Counted from the whole stretch's first letter, positions 27,429 to 38,090 are shown. The stretch is 63,981 nt of DNA, filler included, from an uncultured bacterium (GCA_964371695.1; 5 parts of 5 records of this genome joined end to end with filler, not necessarily neighbours in it); one strand, 5' to 3'. The notes: generated from the letters alone by a model not told the origin. Program-made: numbers and translations.

Positions 27429-30400
27429 ACGCCACCCTGCTGCGCACCCGCGCCGATGAAATCATGGACCACGTGGCCGCCCGCTGCCTTGAACTGGTGC
27501 GTGGCCCGGAGCCCAATCTGGTCACCAGCGCCGTGGCCTTTGCCGCCCGCGAAGCGCTGAAACAGTCTCCCCGGCTGCTGATTCTGGCCGCCGACGATTT
27601 CACGCTCAAAAACCTGCTCTCAGACCTGGAAACCGTGGCCCCCCACGCCCAGCGGTTTTTGCTGAACGACTGGCCCGTCTCGCCCTGGCAGGACGAAGGC
27701 GAGCGCCGCCTGATGGCCGCCGACCGCCTCAAGGCGTTCCGGGCGCTGGCGGCGGCCACGCCTGAGAATCCCGCCGTGGTGGTGTCCGACATGGTGGCGG
27801 CCCTGCGGCTCAAAAGCCCACTGCCCCACCTGGGCCAGACGCTGGACATCACCCCGGGGCAAACCCTTCCCCACAACACGCTGGTGGGCACACTGCTGGA
27901 GATGGGCTTTGTCCGCATCACCGAAAACCACGACCCCTTCATCGGCCAGTTCCGCTTGGTGGGCGAGCGCCTGTGGCTGCATTCCTACGCCTATCCCGTC
28001 GTCACCGTTTCGTTTGACGGCGACATGGTGGAGGCCGTGCGGGTGGGCGAGAGCACGGTGGACCGGGTGGAGATTCCCGCTGCGGGCGAAGTGGCCGCCA
28101 TTCCTTTTAACGACTACGGCCTCTCCTCGCTGCACGAACACATCAGCACCACCATGGACAGCCTCAACCAGGGGGCCGTGACGCTGGACGCCAGGCGCGT
28201 GATGGGTTTTCTGGGCGAGGCGATTCTCGCCATCAAGGCGGGCGAAGGCCCGGCGCACCCGTTTTTTGCCCACTACCGCAGCGGCAGCACCTGCCTGCTG
28301 GAAGACCTGGCCGACCACGAAATCTGGCTGCTGGACGAACCGGCCCTGCGGGGCAACGCCAAAAAACATCTGGCGGGCACGCGGGAAATCTGGGGTCAGG
28401 TGCAGGCCCCCTATCGCGGGGCCGACGCCCCCACGCTGGCCGAGCGCGACACCCTGCGCATCGCCACCGACTGTGCCGCCGAAGAGGGCATGCGCCACGC
28501 CCATTTTCTGGAGGCGGTGGACCAGGAAACCCTGGAAGCCCTGGCCAAACCCTTTCCCCACAGCGTGTTGTTCAACGTGACGCCGCTGGGGTTTTCGGTA
28601 GAAGAAGACCGTCTGGCGCAGGTCTACAAACCCCTTTCGCGCGGGTTTTTCATGCCGGGCAAGTTTCTGGTGCTGAGCGAGCACGAACTGTTCCCCAGCC
28701 GTTTCAGTTTCCGCACCGAAGACGTCACCGCCCTGGACAACCTGGACCGGGGTGACCTGGTGGTGCATGAGCAATATGGCGTGGGGCGTTTTGCGGGCAG
28801 TCAGGTGATGGCCATGCTGGGGGTGGAGAGCGAATACATCCAGGTGGATTACGCCGGATCAGACAAGGTGTATGTGCCCGTGCAGCAGATGCAGCGCCTG
28901 CGGCGTTACATCAACCTGGGGGGCCACGTCCCCACCATTTCGGGCCTCAACAGCACCAAATGGGAGGCCCTGAAACGCAAGATCAAAAAAGGCCTGGAAG
29001 GTTATGCCCAGGAGCTTTACGCCCGTTATGCCGCGCGCATCGCCAGCCCCGGACGGCGTTATGAAGTGCTGCACACGCCGCTGTTGCAGCGGGTGAGCGC
29101 CGATTTTCCCTATGAAGAAACCTATGACCAGACGCAGGCCATTGACGCCATCAAGTCAGACATGGCGGGGGTCAAACCCATGGACCGCATCATTTGCGGC
29201 GACGTGGGATTTGGCAAAACCGAAGTGGCCCTGCGGGCCGCCGCCATGGCGCTGGACAACGGTTATCAGGTGTCGGTGCTGGCCCCCACCACGCTGTTGT
29301 CGCGTCAGCATTACGAACTTTTCCACCGCCGCCTGGGGCCTTATGGCGTGAAGGTGGAACTCTTCAACCGGCTGAAAACCAGCAAGGAAATCGAAGAGGG
29401 CATCCGGGGCATCAAGAGCGGCGCGGTGCGCGTGGCGGTGGGCACCCACCGGCTCATTTCCGACGACGTGGCCTTCAAAAACCTGGGCCTGCTGGTGGTG
29501 GACGAAGAACAACGTTTTGGCGTGAAACAGAAAGAACGCATCAAGGCCATGCGCAGCGATCTGGACGTACTCACCCTCACCGCCACGCCCATTCCCCGCA
29601 CGTTGCAGATGTCCCTGGTGGGCACACTCTCGCTCAGCAAAATCTATACGCCCCCCAAGGGCCGCGTGCCGGTGGAAACATTTCTGGAACCCTACAACCG
29701 GGGCATGGTGCGCCAGGCGGTGCTGGCAGAGATAGAGCGTGGCGGCCAGGTGTTTTATCTGCACAACCGGGTGGAAGACCTGAGCCTTGTTTACCGCGAC
29801 CTCAAGGAACTGCTGCCCACTGTGCGCATCACCATGGCCCACGGCCAGATGCCCCCCGCCGAGTTGGAAAAAGTGATGGTGAGTTTTTTGCAGCGCGAAG
29901 TGGACCTGCTGCTGTGTACCACCATCATCGAAAGCGGCATTGACATCGAATCGGTGAACACGATTCTGGTGGACGACAGCGAACGACTGGGCCTGTCGCA
30001 GATGTACCAGATCAGGGGCCGCGTGGGCCGCAGCGACATGCGGGCCTTTGCCTATTTCTTTTATGATCAGGTGGGCCTGTCTGACGAAGCGAAACGGCGC
30101 ATGGAATCGCTGCTGGATTTCACTGCGCTCGGCAGCGGTTATGAACTGGCGATGCGCGACCTGGAACTGCGCGGCGCGGGCGTGTTTCTGGGCACCAAGC
30201 AGCACGGCATGGTGGCCAACGTGGGCTTTGACCTTTATTGCCGCCTGCTGGAGGAATCCCTCAGCGAAATCAAGGGCGAGGTGCAGGTGAACACGCGCCG
30301 CGAGGTGCTGCTGGATTTTGACCACCCGGCCTATCTGCCGTCGCATTACATCGATCAGGAAAAACTGCGCCTCTCGCTTTATCGCCGGGTGCTGGAGGCC

Positions 30401-30751
30401 AGCACGCCCGGCGAACTGCGGGCGCTGTCCAACGAAATCCGCAGCCAGTTCGGCCAGTTGCCCGAAGAAGCCCGTGCGCTGTTCCAGTTGGGCCTCACGC
30501 GTCAGATGCTGGCGCGGGTGGGCTGCGACCGGCTGGTGGGCAAAAAGAACAACAGCTTCATGCTGTTGTTTTTCAACACCACCGAGTTCATGGACCGCCT
30601 GGCCAAAAAAGCCCAGCGCCACAAACTGTCCGCCAAAAAAGAAGAAAAGCGCGTGCGCCTGGACGCTGACACGCTGGACAGCGCCTTTAAGCTACACAAC
30701 CTCATGAACCTGCTGGCAGACGTACTGGACGACGACCTGATGGTGTTCTGA
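27425..30751 (+). CDS. mfd: Transcription-repair coupling factor
   Basis: LVVHEQYGVG (RID), GDVGFGKTEVA, DEEQRFG, TATPIPRTL, QIRGRVGRS, TRCF domain; coupled to pth. Confidence 0.95.
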   Translation: MNATLLRTRADEIMDHVAARCLELVRGPEPNLVTSAVAFAAREALKQSPRLLILAADDFTLKNLLSDLETVAPHAQRFLLNDWPVSPWQDEGERRLMAADRLKAFRALAAATPENPAVVVSDMVAALRLKSPLPHLGQTLDITPGQTLPHNTLVGTLLEMGFVRITENHDPFIGQFRLVGERLWLHSYAYPVVTVSFDGDMVEAVRVGESTVDRVEIPAAGEVAAIPFNDYGLSSLHEHISTTMDSLNQGAVTLDARRVMGFLGEAILAIKAGEGPAHPFFAHYRSGSTCLLEDLADHEIWLLDEPALRGNAKKHLAGTREIWGQVQAPYRGADAPTLAERDTLRIATDCAAEEGMRHAHFLEAVDQETLEALAKPFPHSVLFNVTPLGFSVEEDRLAQVYKPLSRGFFMPGKFLVLSEHELFPSRFSFRTEDVTALDNLDRGDLVVHEQYGVGRFAGSQVMAMLGVESEYIQVDYAGSDKVYVPVQQMQRLRRYINLGGHVPTISGLNSTKWEALKRKIKKGLEGYAQELYARYAARIASPGRRYEVLHTPLLQRVSADFPYEETYDQTQAIDAIKSDMAGVKPMDRIICGDVGFGKTEVALRAAAMALDNGYQVSVLAPTTLLSRQHYELFHRRLGPYGVKVELFNRLKTSKEIEEGIRGIKSGAVRVAVGTHRLISDDVAFKNLGLLVVDEEQRFGVKQKERIKAMRSDLDVLTLTATPIPRTLQMSLVGTLSLSKIYTPPKGRVPVETFLEPYNRGMVRQAVLAEIERGGQVFYLHNRVEDLSLVYRDLKELLPTVRITMAHGQMPPAELEKVMVSFLQREVDLLLCTTIIESGIDIESVNTILVDDSERLGLSQMYQIRGRVGRSDMRAFAYFFYDQVGLSDEAKRRMESLLDFTALGSGYELAMRDLELRGAGVFLGTKQHGMVANVGFDLYCRLLEESLSEIKGEVQVNTRREVLLDFDHPAYLPSHYIDQEKLRLSLYRRVLEASTPGELRALSNEIRSQFGQLPEEARALFQLGLTRQMLARVGCDRLVGKKNNSFMLLFFNTTEFMDRLAKKAQRHKLSAKKEEKRVRLDADTLDSAFKLHNLMNLLADVLDDDLMVF

Positions 30752-30798
30752 AATCTGGCGATTGGGAGTTGGCGGCTGGAAAAAGAAAAAGCGACATC

Positions 30799-30975
30799 GT
30801 TCCCTCTCCCCTTTACGGGGAGAGGGTGGCCCGTAGGGCCGGGTGAGGGGTTTAGTCAAAAGCAAAAAAACCAACCAGGGTTTTTGTTTTTTGTTTAAAC
30901 CCCTCACCCGAATGGATTGGCCAAAAAGATGCCAATCCATCCGCCCTCTCCCCATAAAGGGGAGAGGTGAAGGAC
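30799..30975. repeat. Inverted pair of family C palindromic units
   Basis: CCCTCTCCCC..GGGGAGAGGG, GGGTGAGGGG...CCCCTCACCC; right unit and its tail are similar to 45258-45365. Confidence 0.85.
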
Positions 30976-31011
30976 CGCTCCGTTTTTTGCTTTACCATTT
31001 TCAAAAATGCG

Positions 31012-31353
31012 TTATTCCTCTTCCATCCCCAACACGTCCGACAAATCCTGAAACAGCGCCAGTTGCGGGTCCACCACCTGGGCCACCACGGCGTTGTGCA
31101 TGATCTCGATGCCGGGGTCCGCCAGCGCGGACTGGCGGAACTGCTCGCCGAACTGGTCGCGGTCGAGAATCGTCAGCGTGATGTTGAAGTCTCCCTCGGT
31201 GCTGGGGTTGGCCTTGGGCGCACGCCGGTAAGCCTGCCAAGCCTGAATCACGCCCTTCTGCGTCAGGGCGTCCAGATACACCCCGGCCTCGCGGAAAAAA
31301 CTTTTTTGTCCGGCTGGGTTTTTCAGGTTGAACCAGATCTGGTAGTAGTCCGT
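31012..31353 (-). CDS. Small hypothetical protein (DUF6614-like), apparent ACG start
   Basis: Frame of ORF 31012..31281 stays open upstream as (T/M)DYYQIWFNLKNP...; GGAGG lies 5 nt before ACG at 31353. Confidence 0.6.
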   Translation of the reverse strand, partial: TDYYQIWFNLKNPAGQKSFFREAGVYLDALTQKGVIQAWQAYRRAPKANPSTEGDFNITLTILDRDQFGEQFRQSALADPGIEIMHNAVVAQVVDPQLALFQDLSDVLGMEEE

Positions 31354-31522
31354 GGCGGCCTCCGTGGGAGGGCATTTTAGCCACGAAAAACCATTTGCGC
31401 CTCAACCGCGCCCTGGCAAAAAAGACCCCGACGCCCAATTTTTCCCCTTCCATGCCAACTTCATCAGCACGCCTCTACAATGCCTCTCCCTGCGGTTCCC
31501 TCCCGCAAAAGGAATCCTCACC

Positions 31523-34447
31523 ATGCACACCCACATCGTTGTCAAAGGCGCACGCGAACACAACCTCAAAAACCTCACCGTGTCCATTCCCCGCGACCAG
31601 ATGGTGGTCATCACGGGCTTGAGCGGCAGCGGCAAATCGTCTCTGGCGTTCGACACCATTTATGCCGAGGGCCAGCGGCGTTATGTGGAGTCGCTCTCCA
31701 GCTACGCCCGCCAGTTTCTGGGGCTGATGGAAAAACCCGACGTGGACCAGATTGACGGTCTTTCCCCCGCCATCAGCATTGACCAGAAAACCGTGAGCAA
31801 AAACCCCCGCAGCACGGTGGGCACCGTCACGGAGATCTACGACTACCTGCGCCTGCTGTTCGCCCACACCGGCCTGCAGCATTGCCACCAGTGCGACGCG
31901 CTGATTCAGCGCATGAGCGTGCAGGAGATGGTGGACTGGGCCATGACGCATCTGGCCGGACAAAAAGCCATGGTGCTGGCCCCCATGATCCGGGGCCGCA
32001 AGGGCACCTATGAGGCCAACTTCAAGGAATGGGCCACACAGGGTTTTGTGCGGGCGCGCATCAACGGCGAGGTGCGACGGCTGGAAGAAGAAATCAAGCT
32101 CGACCGCTACAAGGCTCACACCATTGATCTGGTGGTGGACCGCCTGGACGTGAGCGCCGAAAACCGCCCCCGGCTGGCCGAGAGCATTGAAAGCGCCCTG
32201 CGTCTCACACAGGGCCGCGTGCTGGTCTGGGGGCCAGAGGCGGGCAAAAAGGGTCTGGAACAGTTGCTCACCGAGGGCGGCGGCGTGTGCCACCAGTGCG
32301 GCGCCAGCGGATTTGAAGAACCGGAGCCGCGGTTTTTCAGCTTCAACAGCCCCTATGGAGCCTGCGGCGTGTGCGATGGCCTGGGCGTGGACCTGACCGT
32401 GGACGAAGACCTGATTGTGCCCGACCCGGAGCTTTCCATCGGCGAAAAATGTTTCGCGCCTTTTTCCAGTTGGGCCAACAGTTATTACCAGGTGATGTTC
32501 AAACGGGCGGCGGCTTCGCTGGGCATTTCCATGCACACCCCCTGGGCCGACATTCCCAAAGCCAAACGCCAGAGTCTGCTTTTTGGTGAAGACGGCGGGC
32601 ATCTCTCGGTGGCGTTCAAAACCGCCATGGGCCGCCGCAGGCAGGTGGTGGTGGCGTTTCACGGCGTCATCCCCATGCTCAGCAAGGCGTATAAAGAGAC
32701 GGACTCCAACGCCGTGCGCGAAGAGCTGGAGCCTTACCTCACCGAAAAAGACTGCCAGGCCTGCGGCGGCGGGCGGCTCAAGCCCCAGCACCTGGCCGTG
32801 CGGGTGGGGGGTGAGAACATGGCCACCCTGTGCGCCATGGCGGTGAAGGACCTGCTGGTGTTTTTTAACGCCCTGCCGGGGCGCTTTGACGAACGCCGTC
32901 AGCGCATTTCGCGGGACATTCTGCGGGAGGTGCAAAGCCGCCTTACGTTTCTCGCGGACGTGGGCCTGGATTACCTCACCCTCAACCGCAAAAGCGCCAC
33001 TTTGAGCGGCGGTGAAACCCAGCGCATACGCCTCGCCAGCCAGTTGGGCAGTGCGCTCACGGGTGTGTTGTATGTGCTGGACGAACCCAGCATTGGCCTG
33101 CACGCCCGCGACAACGCCCGCCTGATTGACACCCTGGTGAAGCTGAGCAACGCGGGCAACAGCGTGTTGGTGGTGGAGCACGACGAAGAGATGATCCGCC
33201 GGGCCGACTGGGTGATTGACCTTGGCCCCGGCGCGGGCGAGCACGGCGGCGAAGTGGTGGCCCAGGGCCTGCCCGCCGAGGTGGAAAAAACCGATGCCAG
33301 CATGACGGGGCGTTACATGCGGGGCGACCTGATGGTGCCCCTGCCCCAGTCCGCACGCCCTGGCACCGGCGAAAAACTCACCGTGGCGGGGGCCAGCCAC
33401 AACAACCTCAAAAACATTGACGTGGGGTTTCCCCTGGGCACCCTCACGGTGGTCACCGGCGTGAGTGGCAGCGGCAAAAGCACACTGGTCAACGACGTGC
33501 TTTTTGAAAACCTGCACCGCTACTTTCGCACCGTGGGGGGCGAGCTGAAAATGCAGCGGGGGGCCACGCTCAGAGGCTGCAAGGCGTTCAAGGGCATTGC
33601 CCACCTCGATCGTTTCATATTGGTAGATCAAAGCCCCATCGGCCGCACGCCCCGCAGCAACCCGGCCACCTATGTCAAGGTGTTCGACCACATCCGCAAC
33701 CTTTTCAGCATGACCAAAGAAGCCAAGATGCGCGGCTGGTTGCCGGGGCGGTTCAGCTTCAACGTCAAGGGCGGCCGCTGCGAAAGCTGCTCTGGCGACG
33801 GCATGAAAAAAATCGAGATGCACTTTTTGCCCGACGTGTACATTCCCTGCGAGGTGTGCCACGGCAAGCGGTTCAACAAAGAGACGCTCACCGTCACCTA
33901 CAAAAACAAAACCATCGCCGACGTGCTGGGCATGAGCGTGTCGCAGGCGCTGGACCACTTCATGGACATTCCGCCCATCACACAACGCCTGAAAACACTC
34001 GAAGACGTGGGGCTGGGATACATTCGCCTGGGCCAGCCCGCCACCACGCTTTCGGGCGGCGAAGCCCAGCGGGTAAAGCTCGCGCTGGAGCTTTCCAAAC
34101 GGGCCACGGGCCGCACGCTCTACATTCTGGATGAACCCACCACGGGCCTGCATTTTGAAGACGTGCGCAAACTGCTGGAGGTGTTGAACCGGCTGGTGGA
34201 TCAAGGCAACACGGTGGTGGTGATTGAGCACAACATGGACGTGATCAAACAGGCGGACTGGCTGGTGGACCTTGGCCCCGAAGGCGGCGCGGGTGGTGGA
34301 CAGGTGGTGTATCAGGGAGAGCGCGACGGCCTGCTGGCTCACACCAAAAGCCACACCGCCGGTTTTCTGCGCCAGCACCTGCAACTGCACCATGGCAAGG
34401 GTGCCCCCAAAACCACGACACGGAGAAAAAAAGCGGCGGGGAAATAG
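31523..34447 (+). CDS. uvrA: Excinuclease ABC subunit A
   Basis: GAREHNLKN, GLSGSGKSSLAFDT, two LSGGE motifs, zinc fingers. Confidence 0.99.
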   Translation: MHTHIVVKGAREHNLKNLTVSIPRDQMVVITGLSGSGKSSLAFDTIYAEGQRRYVESLSSYARQFLGLMEKPDVDQIDGLSPAISIDQKTVSKNPRSTVGTVTEIYDYLRLLFAHTGLQHCHQCDALIQRMSVQEMVDWAMTHLAGQKAMVLAPMIRGRKGTYEANFKEWATQGFVRARINGEVRRLEEEIKLDRYKAHTIDLVVDRLDVSAENRPRLAESIESALRLTQGRVLVWGPEAGKKGLEQLLTEGGGVCHQCGASGFEEPEPRFFSFNSPYGACGVCDGLGVDLTVDEDLIVPDPELSIGEKCFAPFSSWANSYYQVMFKRAAASLGISMHTPWADIPKAKRQSLLFGEDGGHLSVAFKTAMGRRRQVVVAFHGVIPMLSKAYKETDSNAVREELEPYLTEKDCQACGGGRLKPQHLAVRVGGENMATLCAMAVKDLLVFFNALPGRFDERRQRISRDILREVQSRLTFLADVGLDYLTLNRKSATLSGGETQRIRLASQLGSALTGVLYVLDEPSIGLHARDNARLIDTLVKLSNAGNSVLVVEHDEEMIRRADWVIDLGPGAGEHGGEVVAQGLPAEVEKTDASMTGRYMRGDLMVPLPQSARPGTGEKLTVAGASHNNLKNIDVGFPLGTLTVVTGVSGSGKSTLVNDVLFENLHRYFRTVGGELKMQRGATLRGCKAFKGIAHLDRFILVDQSPIGRTPRSNPATYVKVFDHIRNLFSMTKEAKMRGWLPGRFSFNVKGGRCESCSGDGMKKIEMHFLPDVYIPCEVCHGKRFNKETLTVTYKNKTIADVLGMSVSQALDHFMDIPPITQRLKTLEDVGLGYIRLGQPATTLSGGEAQRVKLALELSKRATGRTLYILDEPTTGLHFEDVRKLLEVLNRLVDQGNTVVVIEHNMDVIKQADWLVDLGPEGGAGGGQVVYQGERDGLLAHTKSHTAGFLRQHLQLHHGKGAPKTTTRRKKAAGK

Positions 34448-34469
34448 TGGGACGTTTTTCCTGCAGCGG

Positions 34470-35879
34470 CTACCACAAATGGCCGGTGCCCAGCAGGCTC
34501 ATGGCGTTGCGGGCCAGATAATAAACATCGCGGGGGCTGCGCAGGCGGCGGCTGATGAAACGCCCCACTGTGCGGGGGTTGAGATAAAACCGCCGGTTGG
34601 CCAGGCGATAGAGCCGCTCCAGTTCTTCACGGCTCAGGTTGGGGTGCTCAAAGGCGCGGCGGCCCCCTTCAAAATGCACCTGTTCTTCGTAGAGATCCTC
34701 TGTCACCCGGCCCCCCTGCGACTCGATCACGCGGTTCATGGCGGTGCCCGCAAAGGGCGTGGCGATGAAGAACATGGCCTGATCAATGCCCAGCGAAGCG
34801 GCGTAGGCGATGGTTTTCTCCACCGTGGCGGTGGTGTCGTGAGGCAGGCCCAGCATGAAATAAGCCGTGAGATTGAAGCCGTATTTTTTGGCCCACAACA
34901 CCGTTTGGTGCATTTTTTCAAAATCCAGATTTTTTCGCGTGCCGTTCAGCACGCCTTGATCGGCGCTTTCTATGGCCAGACACAACCAATAAAAACCCGC
35001 CCTTTTCATGAGGGCGAAAAACTCTTCGTCGGTGTTGTCCCCGCGAAACGAATTGGGCAGCGCAAAACGGATGGGCAGATTCAGGCGAATGATGCCCTCC
35101 AATATCGCCTTGGCCCGCGGCAGGTGCCAGTTGAAAATATCGTCCCACACAAAAATTTCCCGCACGCCATATTCATGGTGCAGATATTCGATTTCCGCCA
35201 GCGTGTTCTGAATGGACCGCACACGAAAGCGGTAACCGTGGATGTTCTTGTTGCAGTTGATGCAGGCATAGGGACAGCCCCGGCTGGTCATGATGCCCGA
35301 CAGGGGTGAGCGGCTGCCGTTGTTGAGGTAATACTTGCGGGTGTCCTCGGGGTTCCAATAGGGAAAGGGCAGGTTGTCGAGGTCTTCCAGCCAGGGCCCC
35401 TGGGGGTTTTCAGTCACCTCGCCGTTTTCGCCGCGCCAAGTGAGTGAAGGAATGGCGGCCTGCGCCTCGCCCCGCAGCACGGCCGCAAAAGCCCCTTCGC
35501 CCTCGCCCCGCACCACGGCGTCGCAGTGGCCATCCCGCACCAAACGGGCGGCGTAATCGGTGGCGAAAGGCCCGCCCATGAGCACGGTTTTTTCGGGATG
35601 CTTTTCTTTCAGCAGACGGCCCATCTCTTTGGCAGTGCCAAAGTTGCCCACGTTCACATACAGGCCGATCACGTCGGCCCGCCGGGCTTCTTCCAGCAAC
35701 AGGTCCATGGGGCGGTTTTTGCCGATGAGCGTGTTGCGCCACACATGGGCCTCGCTCTGCCGCCCCAGGGCGTGCAGATAACTCAGGCCCAGATTAGGGG
35801 CGAAGTGGCGTTTCATCACGGTGGGCGGCTCTATCAACACCACCCGCGGGCGGCCCTGCGTGTTGAGCAACGAGGCCAT
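34470..35879 (-). CDS. Cobalamin-binding radical SAM protein
   Basis: PNLGLSYL, MGGPFAT, VVRGEGE, TSRGCPYACINC, DDIF. Confidence 0.92.
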   Translation of the reverse strand: MASLLNTQGRPRVVLIEPPTVMKRHFAPNLGLSYLHALGRQSEAHVWRNTLIGKNRPMDLLLEEARRADVIGLYVNVGNFGTAKEMGRLLKEKHPEKTVLMGGPFATDYAARLVRDGHCDAVVRGEGEGAFAAVLRGEAQAAIPSLTWRGENGEVTENPQGPWLEDLDNLPFPYWNPEDTRKYYLNNGSRSPLSGIMTSRGCPYACINCNKNIHGYRFRVRSIQNTLAEIEYLHHEYGVREIFVWDDIFNWHLPRAKAILEGIIRLNLPIRFALPNSFRGDNTDEEFFALMKRAGFYWLCLAIESADQGVLNGTRKNLDFEKMHQTVLWAKKYGFNLTAYFMLGLPHDTTATVEKTIAYAASLGIDQAMFFIATPFAGTAMNRVIESQGGRVTEDLYEEQVHFEGGRRAFEHPNLSREELERLYRLANRRFYLNPRTVGRFISRRLRSPRDVYYLARNAMSLLGTGHLW

Positions 35880-36014
35880 GGCCCGCCATTGTAGGCGCGG
35901 GGGCGGCTGGCATGGCCACGAGGCCGGAATGGGGTGGTTTCAGGAGTCTGGGTTCTGGGTTGGCGCTCAAGACTGATAACGTGAGGACGTAACGAAAAGA
36001 CCCAGGAGCACAAC

Positions 36015-36482
36015 ATGCACAAAATCCACTTTCCCTCATTCACCCGCCACCACGAACCCGCCGCCAGAGATGTCAACGCCCTGTTGGAGATACGGGCCAC
36101 GGTGGGAGACAGGGCCGCAGACTGGGTGGCGGACAAGGTGGGCTCCTGGGGTTTTCTGATTACCCAGACCATTCTGCTGACGGTCTGGGCGGCGCTGAAC
36201 GTCACCGCCTGGGTGAAACACTGGGATCCGTACCCCTTCATTCTCATGAACCTGATGCTGAGCATGCAGGCCGCTTATGCCGCCCCGGTGATCATGATGA
36301 GCCAGAACCGCAAGGCCGACCGCGACCGCCTTGAGGCTCACAACGACTTTGTGGTGGACGTGCGATCGGAGGAAAACAGCGAGCGGATTCTGGAAATTCT
36401 GGAGGCCCAGAATCAGGCCCTGCTGGTGATTCATCAGATGCTGGCCGAGAAGTTCAACGGAAATGCCGAAGCCCAGAGCTGA
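36015..36482 (+). CDS. DUF1003 membrane protein
   Basis: GDRAADWVA..VGSWGF, WDPYPFILMNL, APVIMMSQNR. Confidence 0.93.
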   Translation: MHKIHFPSFTRHHEPAARDVNALLEIRATVGDRAADWVADKVGSWGFLITQTILLTVWAALNVTAWVKHWDPYPFILMNLMLSMQAAYAAPVIMMSQNRKADRDRLEAHNDFVVDVRSEENSERILEILEAQNQALLVIHQMLAEKFNGNAEAQS

Positions 36483-36507
36483 ACACGAAAGTCTTTTTTG
36501 CACTTGA

Positions 36508-36536
36508 TTGACTTGTCAGTCATTACGCCTTAGCCT
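36508..36536 (+). promoter_or_regulatory. sigma70-like promoter overlapped by palindromic operator TGACT-N4-AGTCA
   Basis: TTGACT (36508-36513), 17 nt, TAGCCT (36531-36536); palindrome at 36509-36522. Confidence 0.55.
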
Positions 36537-36667
36537 TGTCTCAATGACGGTTTTTGATGATCTTTTGTTCGGCATCACCCGCCGGAGTACCTTATCGGTC
36601 CTCACCGGCAAACACCCATCCCCATCCCTCGCCCCCTCGCAACACGGGGTCTGAAAAGGAGCGCGTC

Positions 36668-37792
36668 ATGGCAGTGCATCAGTTCATTCATCTTCACAAC
36701 ACCACGGTGGAACAGTTCCCCCGCGACAAAACGATTTTCTTTGGCACCGTGGCCCCCATGGAACCCCACGGCCCCCACTTTCCGCTGGGAGCGGACATTC
36801 TGCAGAGCGAGGGGTTTCTGGACATCGTGGCCAAACGCTGGACCAAGGAGCACCCCGACTGGGAAGTGGTGATGATGCCGCCCCTGTGGTTTGGCGCAGA
36901 CGTGCTGGCGCACCCCGGCACCATGGTGCTGCCCGCCGAGTTTCTGGAGCAACTGGTGTATTACTACCTCAAAAATCTGGCCTATCACGGTTTTGAGCAT
37001 GTGTACCTCATGGGTTATCACGGCGGCATCCGCCACAACGTGGCCATCGAAGACGCCATCCGGCGCATCCACAAAGATTTCGGCGTGCGTTACAACTACG
37101 GCCTCGGCTCGGTGGGGGCGCGGCTGTTCGTCACCGAAGAAATTCACAAAATGCTGGTGGAAGAAGGCGGCCTTTCCCAGGAACAGGCCAACCGCGACGC
37201 CCACGGCGGCGCCATGGAGGCGAGCATCGGCCTGCACCTGTTCCCCCACGCCATGAACGGCCTGCACAAAAACCTGCCCGACGTGTCCATGGTGGATTTC
37301 ACCCCCACCGGCGAGGCGGGCGAGGCGTTCATCCGCAGCACCCACGGCACGCCATTTGAAATGGTGGGACGAATTCTGGGCGTGCTCAACGGCTTCATGG
37401 GCTGGCAGCGCATCACCAACGAAGAACTGGGTTATGTGGGCAGCCCCAGCATGGCCACCAAAGAGCTGGGCAAAAAACTCACCAAGCTCATCACCGACAC
37501 CATGTACGACGAACTGAAAATGGAAGTGGCCCGGCCCAAAACCGACGAGCCGCTGGATCAGTCCGCCTACAACATGGGCCGCGCCATTGGCCCCGGCACC
37601 ATCGGCAGCCGATTGGTGGGCACCTATCGCGGGCCACGCCGCTTGACCCCGGTGCGCGACACCCACCCCCTGCAACTGCCTGAAGCCGTGAAAACCAAAT
37701 CGGTGGCACAGACCAAAAAACGCCCCGCCGAAAAAACCGTGCGGGTGAAGGTGAAGGCAGGCAGCGGCGAAAAAACCCGGCGGAAAAAATAA
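36668..37792 (+). CDS. Creatininase-family amidohydrolase
   Basis: MEPHGPHFPLGAD, YHGG, DAHGGAMEAS metal-binding motifs; AAAAGGAG RBS. Confidence 0.88.
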   Translation: MAVHQFIHLHNTTVEQFPRDKTIFFGTVAPMEPHGPHFPLGADILQSEGFLDIVAKRWTKEHPDWEVVMMPPLWFGADVLAHPGTMVLPAEFLEQLVYYYLKNLAYHGFEHVYLMGYHGGIRHNVAIEDAIRRIHKDFGVRYNYGLGSVGARLFVTEEIHKMLVEEGGLSQEQANRDAHGGAMEASIGLHLFPHAMNGLHKNLPDVSMVDFTPTGEAGEAFIRSTHGTPFEMVGRILGVLNGFMGWQRITNEELGYVGSPSMATKELGKKLTKLITDTMYDELKMEVARPKTDEPLDQSAYNMGRAIGPGTIGSRLVGTYRGPRRLTPVRDTHPLQLPEAVKTKSVAQTKKRPAEKTVRVKVKAGSGEKTRRKK

Positions 37793-37825
37793 TCCCGGTT
37801 TGCCCGGTTTGCCACGCACCCCGGC

Positions 37826-38090
37826 CATTGCTGTCAGATTCGCGAAAAAAGCTGAGAGATTGTGAGGGTTTTTCAACGTAGCCCCGGCGTCTCGCCGGGA
37901 GCATCCATCGCGCCAGAGGCGCGCACCTTGCAGTTTTTCCGTTTCCCCCCAAAAAACTTCTGTTTTGTGCCACCGACGGTGGCTCTTTTTCTCCCGGCAG
38001 TTCGAGCGGAGTCTTTCTGGGTGCCCATTGGGGCACCCAGCCGTGAGAAGGCGATAGCACGCCGGGGCTACAAATGAACTGACAGCAATG
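37826..38090. mobile_element. Family D MITE
   Basis: CATTGCTGTCAG ... CTGACAGCAATG TIR; GTAG-REP pair inside; 10-bp flanks GCACCCCGGC / GCCCACCGGC match 8 of 10. Confidence 0.75.

Noticed and set aside
35940-36010. Possible hammerhead ribozyme or riboswitch upstream of the DUF1003 gene
   Set aside because: CTGATAA does not match the CUGANGA core and I could not fit a known riboswitch consensus; only a weak CTGGGT/ACCCAG pairing.
34470-37792. B12 radical SAM plus creatininase-family gene as a RiPP or mycofactocin-like cluster
   Set aside because: Genes are on opposite strands, separated by DUF1003, and no precursor peptide is evident.
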